This document shows, piece after piece, positions 35,478-44,845 of a stretch of 64,000 nucleotides of DNA. Location: IMG/VR virus record IMGVR_UViG_2883713342_000004, positions 1,929 to 65,928 of that record; one strand, given 5' to 3'. A program made the position numbers and the translations under genes. The notes below the pieces were generated by a model. That model saw nothing but the letters and a program-made list of their open reading frames with translations. It ran no database searches and was not told the origin of the DNA. This DNA is from a virus (Duplodnaviria > Caudoviricetes). Positions within the stretch are counted from its first letter, which is position 1; every line of letters begins with the position of its first letter.

Positions 35478-37043
35478 TCACTCTGCCGTTGCCGGCTCCA
35501 GATATCCGGAAGCGTCCTGGAGCATTCGCTGAATACCATCCGACACGCCGCTTCTCACCGCGCCGGCCACTTCCGATGCCGGCGTGCCTTCAGGGACGCT
35601 GACGTTGATGGGCGCATTGACGTTAACACGCTGCCGGTTGTTGACAATGCCGGCAGTGGAGGCAGGCGCATCGCCCGGCCCCATGCCGAATAGCGAAAAA
35701 ATATCTTGTATCTTGCCGCCCATCCATTTGGCGCTCGTCTCCAGCGGATCGTCGATAAACTTCGTTACTGCTTCGATTTTATCTAGGATGGGCTGTAGAA
35801 TCTCCTTGATGATAAAATCGTAAATGCCTTGAAAGATCTTAAAAAGCTTATCCTTCCATTCGATTGCTTTTAACCGAACCGTCTCGAATGCCTTCTTGAA
35901 GTTCTCAACGAGCAACCCGGTAATGGACTTGTCTCCCTGGATGTATCGATAGATATCCTCGAGCACCAGGGTGATGCCCGCTGCGGCTGCGGCGATGGCT
36001 GCCGGAACCCATGCGGCCGGACCCAGGGCGGCCAACCAAGCGGTGATGGCGGACAGGCGCACCGCCGCCAGCGCCCGCACGATGGCACCGAGCCCCATCA
36101 AGACATTGGCAATGGCAGAACCGGCCCAAACCGCCATGAACAGCCCGCCTGCGATCCCCGCCAATCGCATGGCCCGCTCCAACCCTCCGAAGCGGTCGAC
36201 CAGATCGGAGAGAATAATGTAGAGCACCCGGCCGACATCGATCATGCCCCGGATAAACTGGGTCAGCGCGCGGATCGCCCCTTGCAGGTTGGCCTTGATG
36301 ATCTCCCGGTGCGTCGCCACCCACAGGCGGAACTGCTGCAAGCCCCGTATCATCATGGGCAGCAGGCCCACGCCCACGGCATTCTTGATACCCACCAGCA
36401 CCAGCTGCGCCCGGGTCATTTCGTCATTGAACGTCTCGGCGTTGCGGGCATCCGCCTCCCCGATCACGAAGCCCAGGGAGCGCGCGTCGGCCCGCATCTC
36501 CCGCAGGGCTGCCCCGCCGTTGCGCAGCATGTTGACCATGCTGACGCCTTCGGTGTCGAACAACTTGAAGGCCAGGGCCACCCGCTTGCTGGGGTCTTCG
36601 ATTCGCGCCATGCCGTCGGCAATGTCCTCGAGCAGATCGGCGCTTTTTCTCACACGTCCTTCGCCGTCCGTGACGACAACGCCCAGCTCCCTGAGGGCGT
36701 CCTTGGCCACGCCGGTGCCCTCGGCAGCCTCGGCCGCCCGGCGGGTCATGCGCTGGAGGCCGGTGTCGAAGTTGGTCTGGGCGATGCCGGACAGCTCGGC
36801 GGCATAGCGCAGCTCCTGAAGCGCCTCGACGTTCACTCCCAGCTTGTCGGCCGTCTTGGCCGCCTGGTCGCCAAAGCCGGCCACCTGTTTAGTCAGGCCA
36901 ACTAGGAGCCCGGTACCCGCCGTTACCACCGCGCCCAAACCAAAAATCATATGCTTTGCGCTTCGGACCCCTTTTTCCAATTTATTGAGGTCTTCGTCTT
37001 TAACGTCGAAGCCGATGCTGACGAACAGATCGCGGATCTTCAT
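35478..37043 (-). CDS. Tail tape measure protein
   Basis: IRDLFVSIGFDV start; Ala-rich helical protein with hydrophobic segments; after the chaperones. Confidence 0.85.
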   Translation of the reverse strand: MKIRDLFVSIGFDVKDEDLNKLEKGVRSAKHMIFGLGAVVTAGTGLLVGLTKQVAGFGDQAAKTADKLGVNVEALQELRYAAELSGIAQTNFDTGLQRMTRRAAEAAEGTGVAKDALRELGVVVTDGEGRVRKSADLLEDIADGMARIEDPSKRVALAFKLFDTEGVSMVNMLRNGGAALREMRADARSLGFVIGEADARNAETFNDEMTRAQLVLVGIKNAVGVGLLPMMIRGLQQFRLWVATHREIIKANLQGAIRALTQFIRGMIDVGRVLYIILSDLVDRFGGLERAMRLAGIAGGLFMAVWAGSAIANVLMGLGAIVRALAAVRLSAITAWLAALGPAAWVPAAIAAAAAGITLVLEDIYRYIQGDKSITGLLVENFKKAFETVRLKAIEWKDKLFKIFQGIYDFIIKEILQPILDKIEAVTKFIDDPLETSAKWMGGKIQDIFSLFGMGPGDAPASTAGIVNNRQRVNVNAPINVSVPEGTPASEVAGAVRSGVSDGIQRMLQDASGYLEPATAE

Positions 37044-37200
37044 GATTGTTTGCCCCTGCGGTTATCGACCGCCCACCGTTCGGCCTCGGACTGGATGTCC
37101 AGGGCCTCGTGGGCGTCGGCCAGGTCGCACAGCGACCAGTGGGTCTCGATCTCTTCCAGTGTGGTGATCCGGGCCGCCACCGGACGCCACAGATACCAGT

Positions 37201-37653
37201 TTACGTTTGTGGGTCCGGGGTCATAGCCGCCAGCCTGGCCACCAGGTCCCTGGCGGCGCCGGACCATTCGTCGAAAAAATCCGAGTACTCCGCTTGCAGC
37301 GCCGCGCCGACCACCTTGAACAGGTGCGGCAGGCGCCCCTTGAAAATCGAATCGAAGTTCCGGGACACTTCTCCGCGTCCCTTGCAGATCGCCTGGGAGA
37401 GAAGATCGTCCACGATGCCTTCGACCTCGTTTTCGTCGATACGGTCGCACAGCGCGCCCATTATTCTGGAAATGTCCAGGTCGGCATCCATGAGGCTTTT
37501 GAAATTGGCCTTGGCACCGTCCGCCACGGCCCCGGCAGGTGCGCCCACAATCTTGAAGATGCGCAGCAGCAGCTTCATGGACTGCTTGGGCGGCATCTGG
37601 TGAAACGTGTACTCATGGTCATCGATGATTTTTACGACGGCTTCTCTTCCCAT
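37201..37653 (-). CDS. Tail assembly chaperone, with -1 frameshift extension to 37040
   Basis: Slippery T-TTT-TTC at 37279-37273; the -1 frame continues to NWYLWRPV...WSLCDLADAHEALD. Confidence 0.8.
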   Translation of the reverse strand: MGREAVVKIIDDHEYTFHQMPPKQSMKLLLRIFKIVGAPAGAVADGAKANFKSLMDADLDISRIMGALCDRIDENEVEGIVDDLLSQAICKGRGEVSRNFDSIFKGRLPHLFKVVGAALQAEYSDFFDEWSGAARDLVARLAAMTPDPQT

Positions 37654-38051
37654 CAGTTACCTCCCACGGTGAACTCGGCCAGCGCGCCCTTCAACGTCCA
37701 CTCGCGTTCCCCCGACTCCTTTCCAAACTCGCTGCCCGCCTGCCGGATCACGGTCCCCTCGGGCATGGCATACAGGGAATACCCGGAGCTGTCCTTCACC
37801 ACGCATGAAAGCAACGCATCTGACTTCTCATAGGCGGAAAGAACGCCGTTGTCCTGTGATGTCTGTGGCAACGTGATCTTAATGGCGCCCAGGGTGTTCA
37901 GGTTTTTGGTCCGGGTCGCCTCGCCGGACGTGCCGGCCGAAAACGACCAGCTGTCCTCGTCGCGTCCGACCACGACCTTGTTCCAGCTCTTGATGATCGA
38001 TCCGCCTACGATCAGGCTCACCTGGTCGGGGTTGTAGGTTTTGGTCTCCAT
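37653..38051 (-). CDS. Tail tube protein (DUF3277-like)
   Basis: TYNPDQVSLIVGG...ITLPQTS...EREW. Confidence 0.85.
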   Translation of the reverse strand: METKTYNPDQVSLIVGGSIIKSWNKVVVGRDEDSWSFSAGTSGEATRTKNLNTLGAIKITLPQTSQDNGVLSAYEKSDALLSCVVKDSSGYSLYAMPEGTVIRQAGSEFGKESGEREWTLKGALAEFTVGGN

Positions 38052-38097
38052 GATGCCTCTCCTCGTTTTCTATGTCCTATCGCCTATAGCCCGATCT

Positions 38098-39159
38098 TTA
38101 CAGTGTCAGCTTGCCGGCGATGCTCACCTTGTGCACCGCGTAGGCCAGCGTGGCGGCGAACTCCACGTCGTTGAGAAAACGCTGGGCCTTTTCCAGCGGG
38201 TCGAGGGCGTCGATGTCCGGCATGGTGATGTCGACGGTGCCGGCCACGAGAAAATCGGCGTCAACAGCTTTTTGCAGCCGGTATCGCAATTCGGTCTCAA
38301 TCACCGTCAAACCCTGCACGGTAAAGGGAATCTTGTTCGCGTTGATCAGCTTCAAGTAAATACCCTCGGCGATGCGCGCCTTGAGCCAGTCGCACCCGCG
38401 AATGGTATCGATGTACTCTCCGGATGCCATGACGCCTTCGCCGGAAATGATATTCACGCCGGCCACGGTTTCGTAAAAATTGGCGCTCTTGGCTTTCAGG
38501 TTGGTGACGGCGGTGGTGGTCAGATCGTCGGCCGTGATCCCGGAAAGCTGTTTGAATTTCCAGGTGATGGATCCGGGGTCCTCGGGCAGGCAGCGTCCCA
38601 GCCAGGCCCCTTCCGGATAATTGGCGTGGTCGGCGCTGTACATGATCGCCGTTCGGTCGTAGGCCGCCGCCTGAAGGGTGGAAGCGATGTCCGTGTCCGC
38701 ACTGGTGATCATGGCCGCTTCTGCGATGCAGGCGATGAAGATCTTGTCGCGCGGCTCGATCCAGGCCGCCGCCGCCGCGATATCGGCGATCTGATCGGAC
38801 TCCTCGCCGTCGCGGGTAAGCATCAGGGCGTACCAGTCGCCATGAGCCTCCTGCATGGCCGACAGTTCGTCTCCCAGGGTCTCGGCCGTATCGTAGCGGC
38901 CGATAACGATCTGCTCGGGCCGGATGTCCTGGCCGAACAGGGCCGCCGCCGCTTTCCATTGCTCCGTGGTCGTCTCGAAGTCGGCCTCGATCGCCTCGAT
39001 GGAATTGTAAACGCGGTACCGGTCGGTGGTTTCTCCCTCGGTGAATTCGGCATTCGCCAGCGGCCCGAATACCAGCGGCGTGCCGAATCCGGCCTGGGTG
39101 ATCTTGGCCGTCTCGCGGGTGATGTTGACTACGACAATGTCGTTCAGTTGGGTTCCCAT
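38098..39159 (-). CDS. Tail sheath protein (DUF3383-like)
   Basis: GFGTPL...PGSITWKFKQLSGI...GEYIDTIRGCDWL...KIPFT. Confidence 0.9.
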   Translation of the reverse strand: MGTQLNDIVVVNITRETAKITQAGFGTPLVFGPLANAEFTEGETTDRYRVYNSIEAIEADFETTTEQWKAAAALFGQDIRPEQIVIGRYDTAETLGDELSAMQEAHGDWYALMLTRDGEESDQIADIAAAAAWIEPRDKIFIACIAEAAMITSADTDIASTLQAAAYDRTAIMYSADHANYPEGAWLGRCLPEDPGSITWKFKQLSGITADDLTTTAVTNLKAKSANFYETVAGVNIISGEGVMASGEYIDTIRGCDWLKARIAEGIYLKLINANKIPFTVQGLTVIETELRYRLQKAVDADFLVAGTVDITMPDIDALDPLEKAQRFLNDVEFAATLAYAVHKVSIAGKLTL

Positions 39160-39162
39160 GAT

Positions 39163-39672
39163 TTACTCCACCTCGATGGTTATGGTTTGGTCGCAAACGC
39201 CGCTGGAGATGCCCACCTTGTGGATTTCTCCCGGCGTATCGGTTGCAGCCTCGGCCCAGGCGATGAAAATGTCGATCACCGCCCGGCCTTCGTGCTGGGT
39301 GTCCATCAGCGCCGTGATGTCGCGCGGGCCGTCATGGCCCCACACGGCAAACCCGGCTTGCCTTAGGGTCGTCTGGTGGGTCGGCAGCTGCAGGGCGTCT
39401 TCGACCGCAACCGCCATGACCAGGGCATTGTCGCCGAAAGTGCTCACGCTCAGCGTAGCCAGCTTGCGCAGGGCATGGGCAAAGGTGTCCTCGGCATCCC
39501 ACCGCTGCTCTCCCGGACCGGTGGACTGCGGTCCGGCAATGATGTCCAGGGAAGCAAACGGCGCATTCGGACGCTGGCCGCCCTCATGCTCCCAGATGAC
39601 CGTGACGCCGGTTAAAATCGCCTGAATCCAGGCGTGCAACGCGTTTTCCCGTGCGGTGCTCAGCCGCTGCAT
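39163..39672 (-). CDS. Neck / tail terminator protein
   Basis: Position before the sheath; VIWEHEGGQRP. Confidence 0.7.
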   Translation of the reverse strand: MQRLSTARENALHAWIQAILTGVTVIWEHEGGQRPNAPFASLDIIAGPQSTGPGEQRWDAEDTFAHALRKLATLSVSTFGDNALVMAVAVEDALQLPTHQTTLRQAGFAVWGHDGPRDITALMDTQHEGRAVIDIFIAWAEAATDTPGEIHKVGISSGVCDQTITIEVE

Positions 39673-39992
39673 TATTGCTCCTCGACGCGCATCAGCCGCG
39701 CCTTGTAGTGCGGCTGGTTGAACGGGGTCCAGTCCTCGACCGCCTGGACTTCGTATTCGATGCCGTCTCCCCGCTTGACAACATCCCCGTTCTCCAGGGC
39801 GAAGGCGGTGTAAATCTTGAGCGGCTGTCGTTCGCGGTCGCCCTCGGGCAGCTGCTGCAGTTCCCTGCCGGACAGCGGCTGGATGTTGCCGGAGGCCGAA
39901 TGATCGGTGGCCGTGCCGTCCACCCAGCGTCCGTTCACGTAGCTGCCGGCGGCCTTTCGGGTGACGGTGATGGTTTCAACGGCCAGCTTCAT
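39672..39992 (-). CDS. Head closure protein
   Basis: GSYVNGRWV...IQPLSGRELQQLPEGDR. Confidence 0.75.
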   Translation of the reverse strand: MKLAVETITVTRKAAGSYVNGRWVDGTATDHSASGNIQPLSGRELQQLPEGDRERQPLKIYTAFALENGDVVKRGDGIEYEVQAVEDWTPFNQPHYKARLMRVEEQ

Positions 39993-40462
39993 AGTTTTAC
40001 CTGGTGGTTGATGGCATCTCTTAAATGGCCGTCGTCGTTGAGCGGCTTAGGTTTGGTGCGGCCGCGCCGGATCTTGGCAGCCTTGACCGAGTCCGCGTTT
40101 TCAACATAGGGCTCGCCGCCGGCCAGAATTTTATTAACGACCTTGCCAACAAACCAGATCCCGAGGCGGTTCAAAAACGTCTTCTGATTTCGCTTGCCGG
40201 TAACGATGTCCACTTTGGCCTTATCCACGATCTTGCGGACATTCTCTTTCTCTTCGTCCAGCGTCGAACGCAAAAACGAGCGCTTCGGGATCGTGACGTC
40301 GTGATTCTTGCCGGCCCGGTCGGTCCCGAACTCGTTGGCCCCGGCGATGATCACCATTTCGGAATTCTTCTCGCCGAAAACGCCCACATCGACACGGCCG
40401 TGCAGCTTTTTCACCTGCCGCTCGAAATCCTCCATTCCGCTGTCGATGATCGTCACGCTCAT
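39989..40462 (-). CDS. Neck / tail completion protein
   Basis: ANEFGT...IPKRSFLR...KPLNDDGHLRDAI. Confidence 0.75.
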   Translation of the reverse strand: MSVTIIDSGMEDFERQVKKLHGRVDVGVFGEKNSEMVIIAGANEFGTDRAGKNHDVTIPKRSFLRSTLDEEKENVRKIVDKAKVDIVTGKRNQKTFLNRLGIWFVGKVVNKILAGGEPYVENADSVKAAKIRRGRTKPKPLNDDGHLRDAINHQVKL

Positions 40463-40806
40463 GGTCTCACCGTCATGATGCCGGCCACCGTGCAGCGCCG
40501 CAGCCGTTTGTACTCGCGGCCGTACTTGGTTTCGTCCAGGTCATCGGCGTTGCTCCCTGGGACGGCATAGGTGGTGGAAACGTCGCCGGTTTTCTCGCTG
40601 GCCACCGCAGGTCCGGACTCGGATTTGGCGATCATGGACAGCTTGTGGGCCGCCAGGTAGCGCTGGGCCATCTCCTGTTTCGCCCCCCAGGCCGATTCGG
40701 TGATCAGCGTCGCCACATCGGCCAGGATGAGGTCCCAGGAAGCCTGGGACGCCCCATCCAGTTCGGGCGCGATGGCCAGCACGTTGGCTGCGTTGGTGTC
40801 GGACAC
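40459..40806 (-). CDS. Head-tail adaptor (DUF4054-like)
   Basis: YLAAH...GDVSTTY...TKYGREY. Confidence 0.8.
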   Translation of the reverse strand: MSDTNAANVLAIAPELDGASQASWDLILADVATLITESAWGAKQEMAQRYLAAHKLSMIAKSESGPAVASEKTGDVSTTYAVPGSNADDLDETKYGREYKRLRRCTVAGIMTVRP

Positions 40807-41202
40807 TTACGCCTCCGCTTTTTTCTTCTCGATCTCGGCGATCTTTTCCAGCTGATCGTCGATGGCCGCCAGCACGGTCTTGCGCTGGCTGCCGGATGCC
40901 TCGAAGGACCGGTATTCTTCCAGTTTGGCCACATCCGTAGTTCCATCGACCAGCTCGACGAAATCCTTGGCCGTCAGGTCGTCAAGGCTCACCGTTTCGG
41001 TGGTCTCGGTCGGCTTGCCCACGGGAACCAGGAAGTTTCCGTAATGGTGTTTCCAGTCCTCTTCTCCGGCGGTTTTCAGGACCGCCTCGAAGATTTCCGG
41101 ATCCACGTTGTTGTTGCCGGGATAAAAAGATACCTCACCACGGGCCTTGCCCTTTTTCCAGGGCAGATGGGTCAAAGTCGGGCTTGTGTTAACGACGATC
41201 AT
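40807..41202 (-). CDS. Hypothetical head-region protein
   Basis: GGAGGG RBS; C-terminal RKTVLAAIDDQL. Confidence 0.65.
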   Translation of the reverse strand: MIVVNTSPTLTHLPWKKGKARGEVSFYPGNNNVDPEIFEAVLKTAGEEDWKHHYGNFLVPVGKPTETTETVSLDDLTAKDFVELVDGTTDVAKLEEYRSFEASGSQRKTVLAAIDDQLEKIAEIEKKKAEA

Positions 41203-41214
41203 GTCACCCTCCTG

Positions 41215-41243
41215 TAAAACGGCCCCGGCCAGACGCCGGGACC
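41215..41243 (-). terminator. Possible terminator/attenuator after the major capsid gene
   Basis: Minus strand CCCGGC-loop-GCCGGG hairpin followed by a short T run. Confidence 0.35.
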
Positions 41244-41263
41244 AGTGTCTGTCGAAATTTCGG

Positions 41264-42217
41264 TTAGATGCCGGTGAAAAAGAGAAACGCCAGCGGATAG
41301 CGAACCACCACGCCGCCGATGCGCGACTCTCCGGGCACGATCATTTCCAGGCCCTTTTCCTGGGCCGGGTAAACGGTCAGTTCCATCGGGATGCGCAGCT
41401 CGAAATTCTCGCGGGATTTCTCGTAGATCACCGCCCCGTCCTTGGTGCCGGAAACAAAGGCGTTGTCCAGCTCGCCATACATGGGCTCGATGGTTTTGAG
41501 ACCGAACTTGTCGGACTTGGAAAGGATGAACTCCAGAATCGTCACATCGCTTTGCGCGCTGCGCGGCGTGCCGGCGATCAGATCGTACTGCTCGTTGGGC
41601 AGCAGCATGGTGTCCGCCTCATGCACGCCCTTGGATTGGCTTCTTACCTTGGCGGTCATGAGACGGACGTCGGTAATGATTTCGTCCGGGGTCTTGCTCG
41701 CCCAGTCGGGCGTGCCGGCATCGCCGTTTAGGGCCGCCAGCGTGGGAATGCTGCTGTTGGTCAGAAAGCCGGGAATGCCGCTGGCCGAATGGCCGGTCCA
41801 GGCAATGGCGGATTCTTTCTCACGGATGCCGCGCCGCTGGGCCGCAGCCTTTTCCGTTTCCAGGCCCACGCCGGCCATCATGGCGGCCCGAATTTCCTGT
41901 CGATTGTAGCCCACGGCGATACCCAGGGAACGAACCGGATGGGACACGCTCTTGCCGTAAACATCGGCACGGGGCAGGTCCTGGCTGTAATCGGAAATGA
42001 TTTTTGCCATGCCCACACGGTCGTACATGATGTACGTGATGGTTTCGGCGCCGGGGTTGTCGCGGTTGGACACCGGGATCAGGTAGCGGTACTTGAGTTC
42101 CCGCTCCTTGTAACGGTAGATCTCGGCTTCCACCGCTTCGAGCTGGCGCGCCGTGAACAGCGCGGCGTTCTGATCGATGGCGTCGAGAAAGACTCTCACT
42201 GCGTCAATGCGAATCAT
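41264..42217 (-). CDS. Major capsid protein (DUF2184-like)
   Basis: ARQLE...DLPRAD...YNRQEIRAA...GGVVVRYP. Confidence 0.9.
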   Translation of the reverse strand: MIRIDAVRVFLDAIDQNAALFTARQLEAVEAEIYRYKERELKYRYLIPVSNRDNPGAETITYIMYDRVGMAKIISDYSQDLPRADVYGKSVSHPVRSLGIAVGYNRQEIRAAMMAGVGLETEKAAAQRRGIREKESAIAWTGHSASGIPGFLTNSSIPTLAALNGDAGTPDWASKTPDEIITDVRLMTAKVRSQSKGVHEADTMLLPNEQYDLIAGTPRSAQSDVTILEFILSKSDKFGLKTIEPMYGELDNAFVSGTKDGAVIYEKSRENFELRIPMELTVYPAQEKGLEMIVPGESRIGGVVVRYPLAFLFFTGI

Positions 42218-42257
42218 GATTTCTCTCCTCGCTAAAAATTCAAATCGGGCTGGCCGG

Positions 42258-42734
42258 TTAGGTCAGGTTGAGATCCAGCAGGGCCAGCTCCCCGGCCGCC
42301 GCGTCGGTAACGAACTTGGCGTTGGGCAGGGCCACCGCATCGGTGCCGTCGGCATCGCTGCGGAACGCGCCCAGCTGCTCGCCGGCTCCGGCAACAAAGC
42401 GGACGAAAGCCGCGCTCTCGGCCGTTACCTCGTCTTCCACCGGAACCCATACGCGGCCTTTTTTGATCACCGGCATGACGTCGCCGTCGGCGTAACCTTC
42501 GTCCTGTGGCTGGGTATGGCTGCGCACAACCACGCCCAGGCCCACCAGGCCGGTCACCTCCCCAGTGGCATCGGGCAGAACGGCCAATCCTTCACCGCTG
42601 CCCTTGGTGACGAACACGCCGAAGGGAACGGTGTCCCCATGTTCGTTGGTGTAAGTGATGATGTCGGACGGGCCGATATCGGCAATTTGCCCGGCGAGCC
42701 CGACGGCCATAGACGATCTGACTTCTGTCTGCAT
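42258..42734 (-). CDS. Capsid cement/decoration protein
   Basis: GLAGQIAD...VPFG...GRVWV; directly before the capsid gene. Confidence 0.8.
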   Translation of the reverse strand: MQTEVRSSMAVGLAGQIADIGPSDIITYTNEHGDTVPFGVFVTKGSGEGLAVLPDATGEVTGLVGLGVVVRSHTQPQDEGYADGDVMPVIKKGRVWVPVEDEVTAESAAFVRFVAGAGEQLGAFRSDADGTDAVALPNAKFVTDAAAGELALLDLNLT

Positions 42735-42782
42735 GATATACTCCTCGGCGTTGCGGTTTAGAGTAAAACTACCGGGCTACGA

Positions 42783-43949
42783 TCATTCGTCGGCGCCGTC
42801 GAACAGCGCGTCGGACTTTTTGATGAACTCGGCGCGGTGGTCGACTTGTCCCGCTGAGCTGGATTCCTTGGCATCCGAAATGAACCGGGCCAGCGGCTGA
42901 TCCGCACCGTCCTTTTTGGCAGCCTCCAACAGCTCGACCACCGCGTCGAAACGGGCGTTGATGTAATCGTCGGACTTCTCATCGGCCTTGAAATCCGGCG
43001 CCTGTTTCTGGATCACGGCCACCTTCACGGCCTTGTCGTCCAGACCATCGGTTTTGATTTCCAGCTTGCCGGCGACCGCCTCCAGGGACTTGCGGTCGGC
43101 AATGATGGCCTGCACTCGCTCTCCGGCCGGATCGCTCAGGGCTTCCACATCGGCTTTGAGCTTTGTCTGTTCAGCTTCGAGCGTATCGATCTTGGCCTGG
43201 GCCGCTTCGTTTTTCTTGCCCATATCGACAAGCTTGGCTGCCTGGGCCTTGATCACGTCAACGGCTTCGTCCAGCTTGGCGGACAGCCGGGAAAGAACGC
43301 TCTGGGCTTCTTTGGGCACTTCGGCCTCGATGGCATCCATCGTGAAACCATCAAGCTTCAATGCTTTGCGGATGAACGTAAACATGGGGATTTCCTCCTT
43401 TTGATCGAGTTTGAGTTTTACTTTCTCACCCGCGCGCCCCTTGGCCACGATGGCCACATGGTTGTAGCGGATGTTCTTTTGAACGGCGTCGTAATGGCCC
43501 TCGGTCTTGTGCTCTCCTGCAATCGGTTCGACATCTGCATCGTACCCGCAGGACAGCTCCACGCCTTCGCCCCGGGCATGCATGTCTCGGGCATACTGGA
43601 TAACGGCCTTGTCGGTAATTTTCACCCGGCATTTGACCACCTCGCCGTCGTGGGTGATATTCTCACCAGTCACCCCCACCTGCAGACCACGAATATTTTC
43701 CGTGGTGACCAACTTCTCTTTGGGATGCAGGAAGGTGATGGGCTGCATGGCCAGCGTGGCCAGGGATTCGTCGGCAAACACTGCCTCCGGCGGACGCAGT
43801 TCGCGGGTCAGCTTTCCATCGTCGTCGTGGTAGTCGAACACGCCACTGCGGGTGACGAACGCATCGCAGACCAAATAGCCCTCGGGCGTGATATCGAAAG
43901 CGCTCGTCTTGCGGTCCAGCCGGATGGTGATCAGGCGATGGGTTTTCAT
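42783..43949 (-). CDS. Prohead protease/scaffold (DUF2213-like)
   Basis: TPEGYL...RPPEAVF...ELSCGY...NHVAIVAKGRAG plus coiled-coil scaffold. Confidence 0.9.
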   Translation of the reverse strand: MKTHRLITIRLDRKTSAFDITPEGYLVCDAFVTRSGVFDYHDDDGKLTRELRPPEAVFADESLATLAMQPITFLHPKEKLVTTENIRGLQVGVTGENITHDGEVVKCRVKITDKAVIQYARDMHARGEGVELSCGYDADVEPIAGEHKTEGHYDAVQKNIRYNHVAIVAKGRAGEKVKLKLDQKEEIPMFTFIRKALKLDGFTMDAIEAEVPKEAQSVLSRLSAKLDEAVDVIKAQAAKLVDMGKKNEAAQAKIDTLEAEQTKLKADVEALSDPAGERVQAIIADRKSLEAVAGKLEIKTDGLDDKAVKVAVIQKQAPDFKADEKSDDYINARFDAVVELLEAAKKDGADQPLARFISDAKESSSAGQVDHRAEFIKKSDALFDGADE

Positions 43950-44845
43950 GCGGCCTCCTTGACCTTGGCCTGGTATTCGATAAATTCGTCCAGCACCGGC
44001 TCCGCCGAACACCGGCACTGAAAATCGTCGCCGGGATGGCCGGTCTCCGGCGGATCGTCCCAGCGGAACCTATTGCCGTCTTTGCGCAGGTGGGAGGCCC
44101 GGTCCGCGCCGTCCTTGGTCGACCGCCAGATATACTCCTCGACCCCGGCTTCGACCTGGCGCAGTTCAGTCAACTTGCCGTTGAGTTTACTCACCTGGTC
44201 GCGGGCGATGAAGCGGGCGCGTCTTTTTGTGGTGTCCAGCTTTTGCCGGATCGCTTTTTCGATGGTCCGCGTACTGTCGCCTGCCTCTACCCGGGCCATC
44301 ACCAGGGTCTGGATATCCTTGGCCCCCTTTTCGGTGATATCCTTGATCATGCCGGTGTTCTGCAGCACGAAGGCTTCCAGCTTCGGTCGCAGCCATTTTT
44401 CCTGGCGCAGCACCGGTATGCCCAGCACCGCTTCGAACTGCCGGTCCACCTGGTTGCGGTTGAATTCGCTGGTGCGGTCGGCAAACTGTTTGGCCACTGC
44501 ACCGGCCGCCGCGTCCGTCACCCGGGTGGCCACATTCAGGCGAATGCCGTCAAACACCTCGCCGATTAGGTCGCCGTAGCCGACGTCAAGGCGGAAGGCT
44601 TTGCCGTCGGCCCGCAAATCGCTGTCGCGGGCCGCAAGTATTCTCGGCAGGGCGGCAGGCAGGGCTTTGCTCACTTCGTCGAAAAATGGGGCTGTCACGC
44701 GCAAAATGGCCGCAAAATAGGCCCGCTCGATGGCCCTGGGGTGCAGCTGCGCGGGCGGGCGCCGTTTTCTCGGCATGCGTTTGCCCGCCGCCTGCATAAC
44801 GGCCCGTCGGGCACGGATGGAAGCTTGCTTTTGGGATGGTGTCAT
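43946..44845 (-). CDS. Head morphogenesis protein (SPP1 gp7 / Mu F-like)
   Basis: RARFIARDQVSKLN...YIW...HPGDDFQCRC. Confidence 0.9.
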   Translation of the reverse strand: MTPSQKQASIRARRAVMQAAGKRMPRKRRPPAQLHPRAIERAYFAAILRVTAPFFDEVSKALPAALPRILAARDSDLRADGKAFRLDVGYGDLIGEVFDGIRLNVATRVTDAAAGAVAKQFADRTSEFNRNQVDRQFEAVLGIPVLRQEKWLRPKLEAFVLQNTGMIKDITEKGAKDIQTLVMARVEAGDSTRTIEKAIRQKLDTTKRRARFIARDQVSKLNGKLTELRQVEAGVEEYIWRSTKDGADRASHLRKDGNRFRWDDPPETGHPGDDFQCRCSAEPVLDEFIEYQAKVKEAA

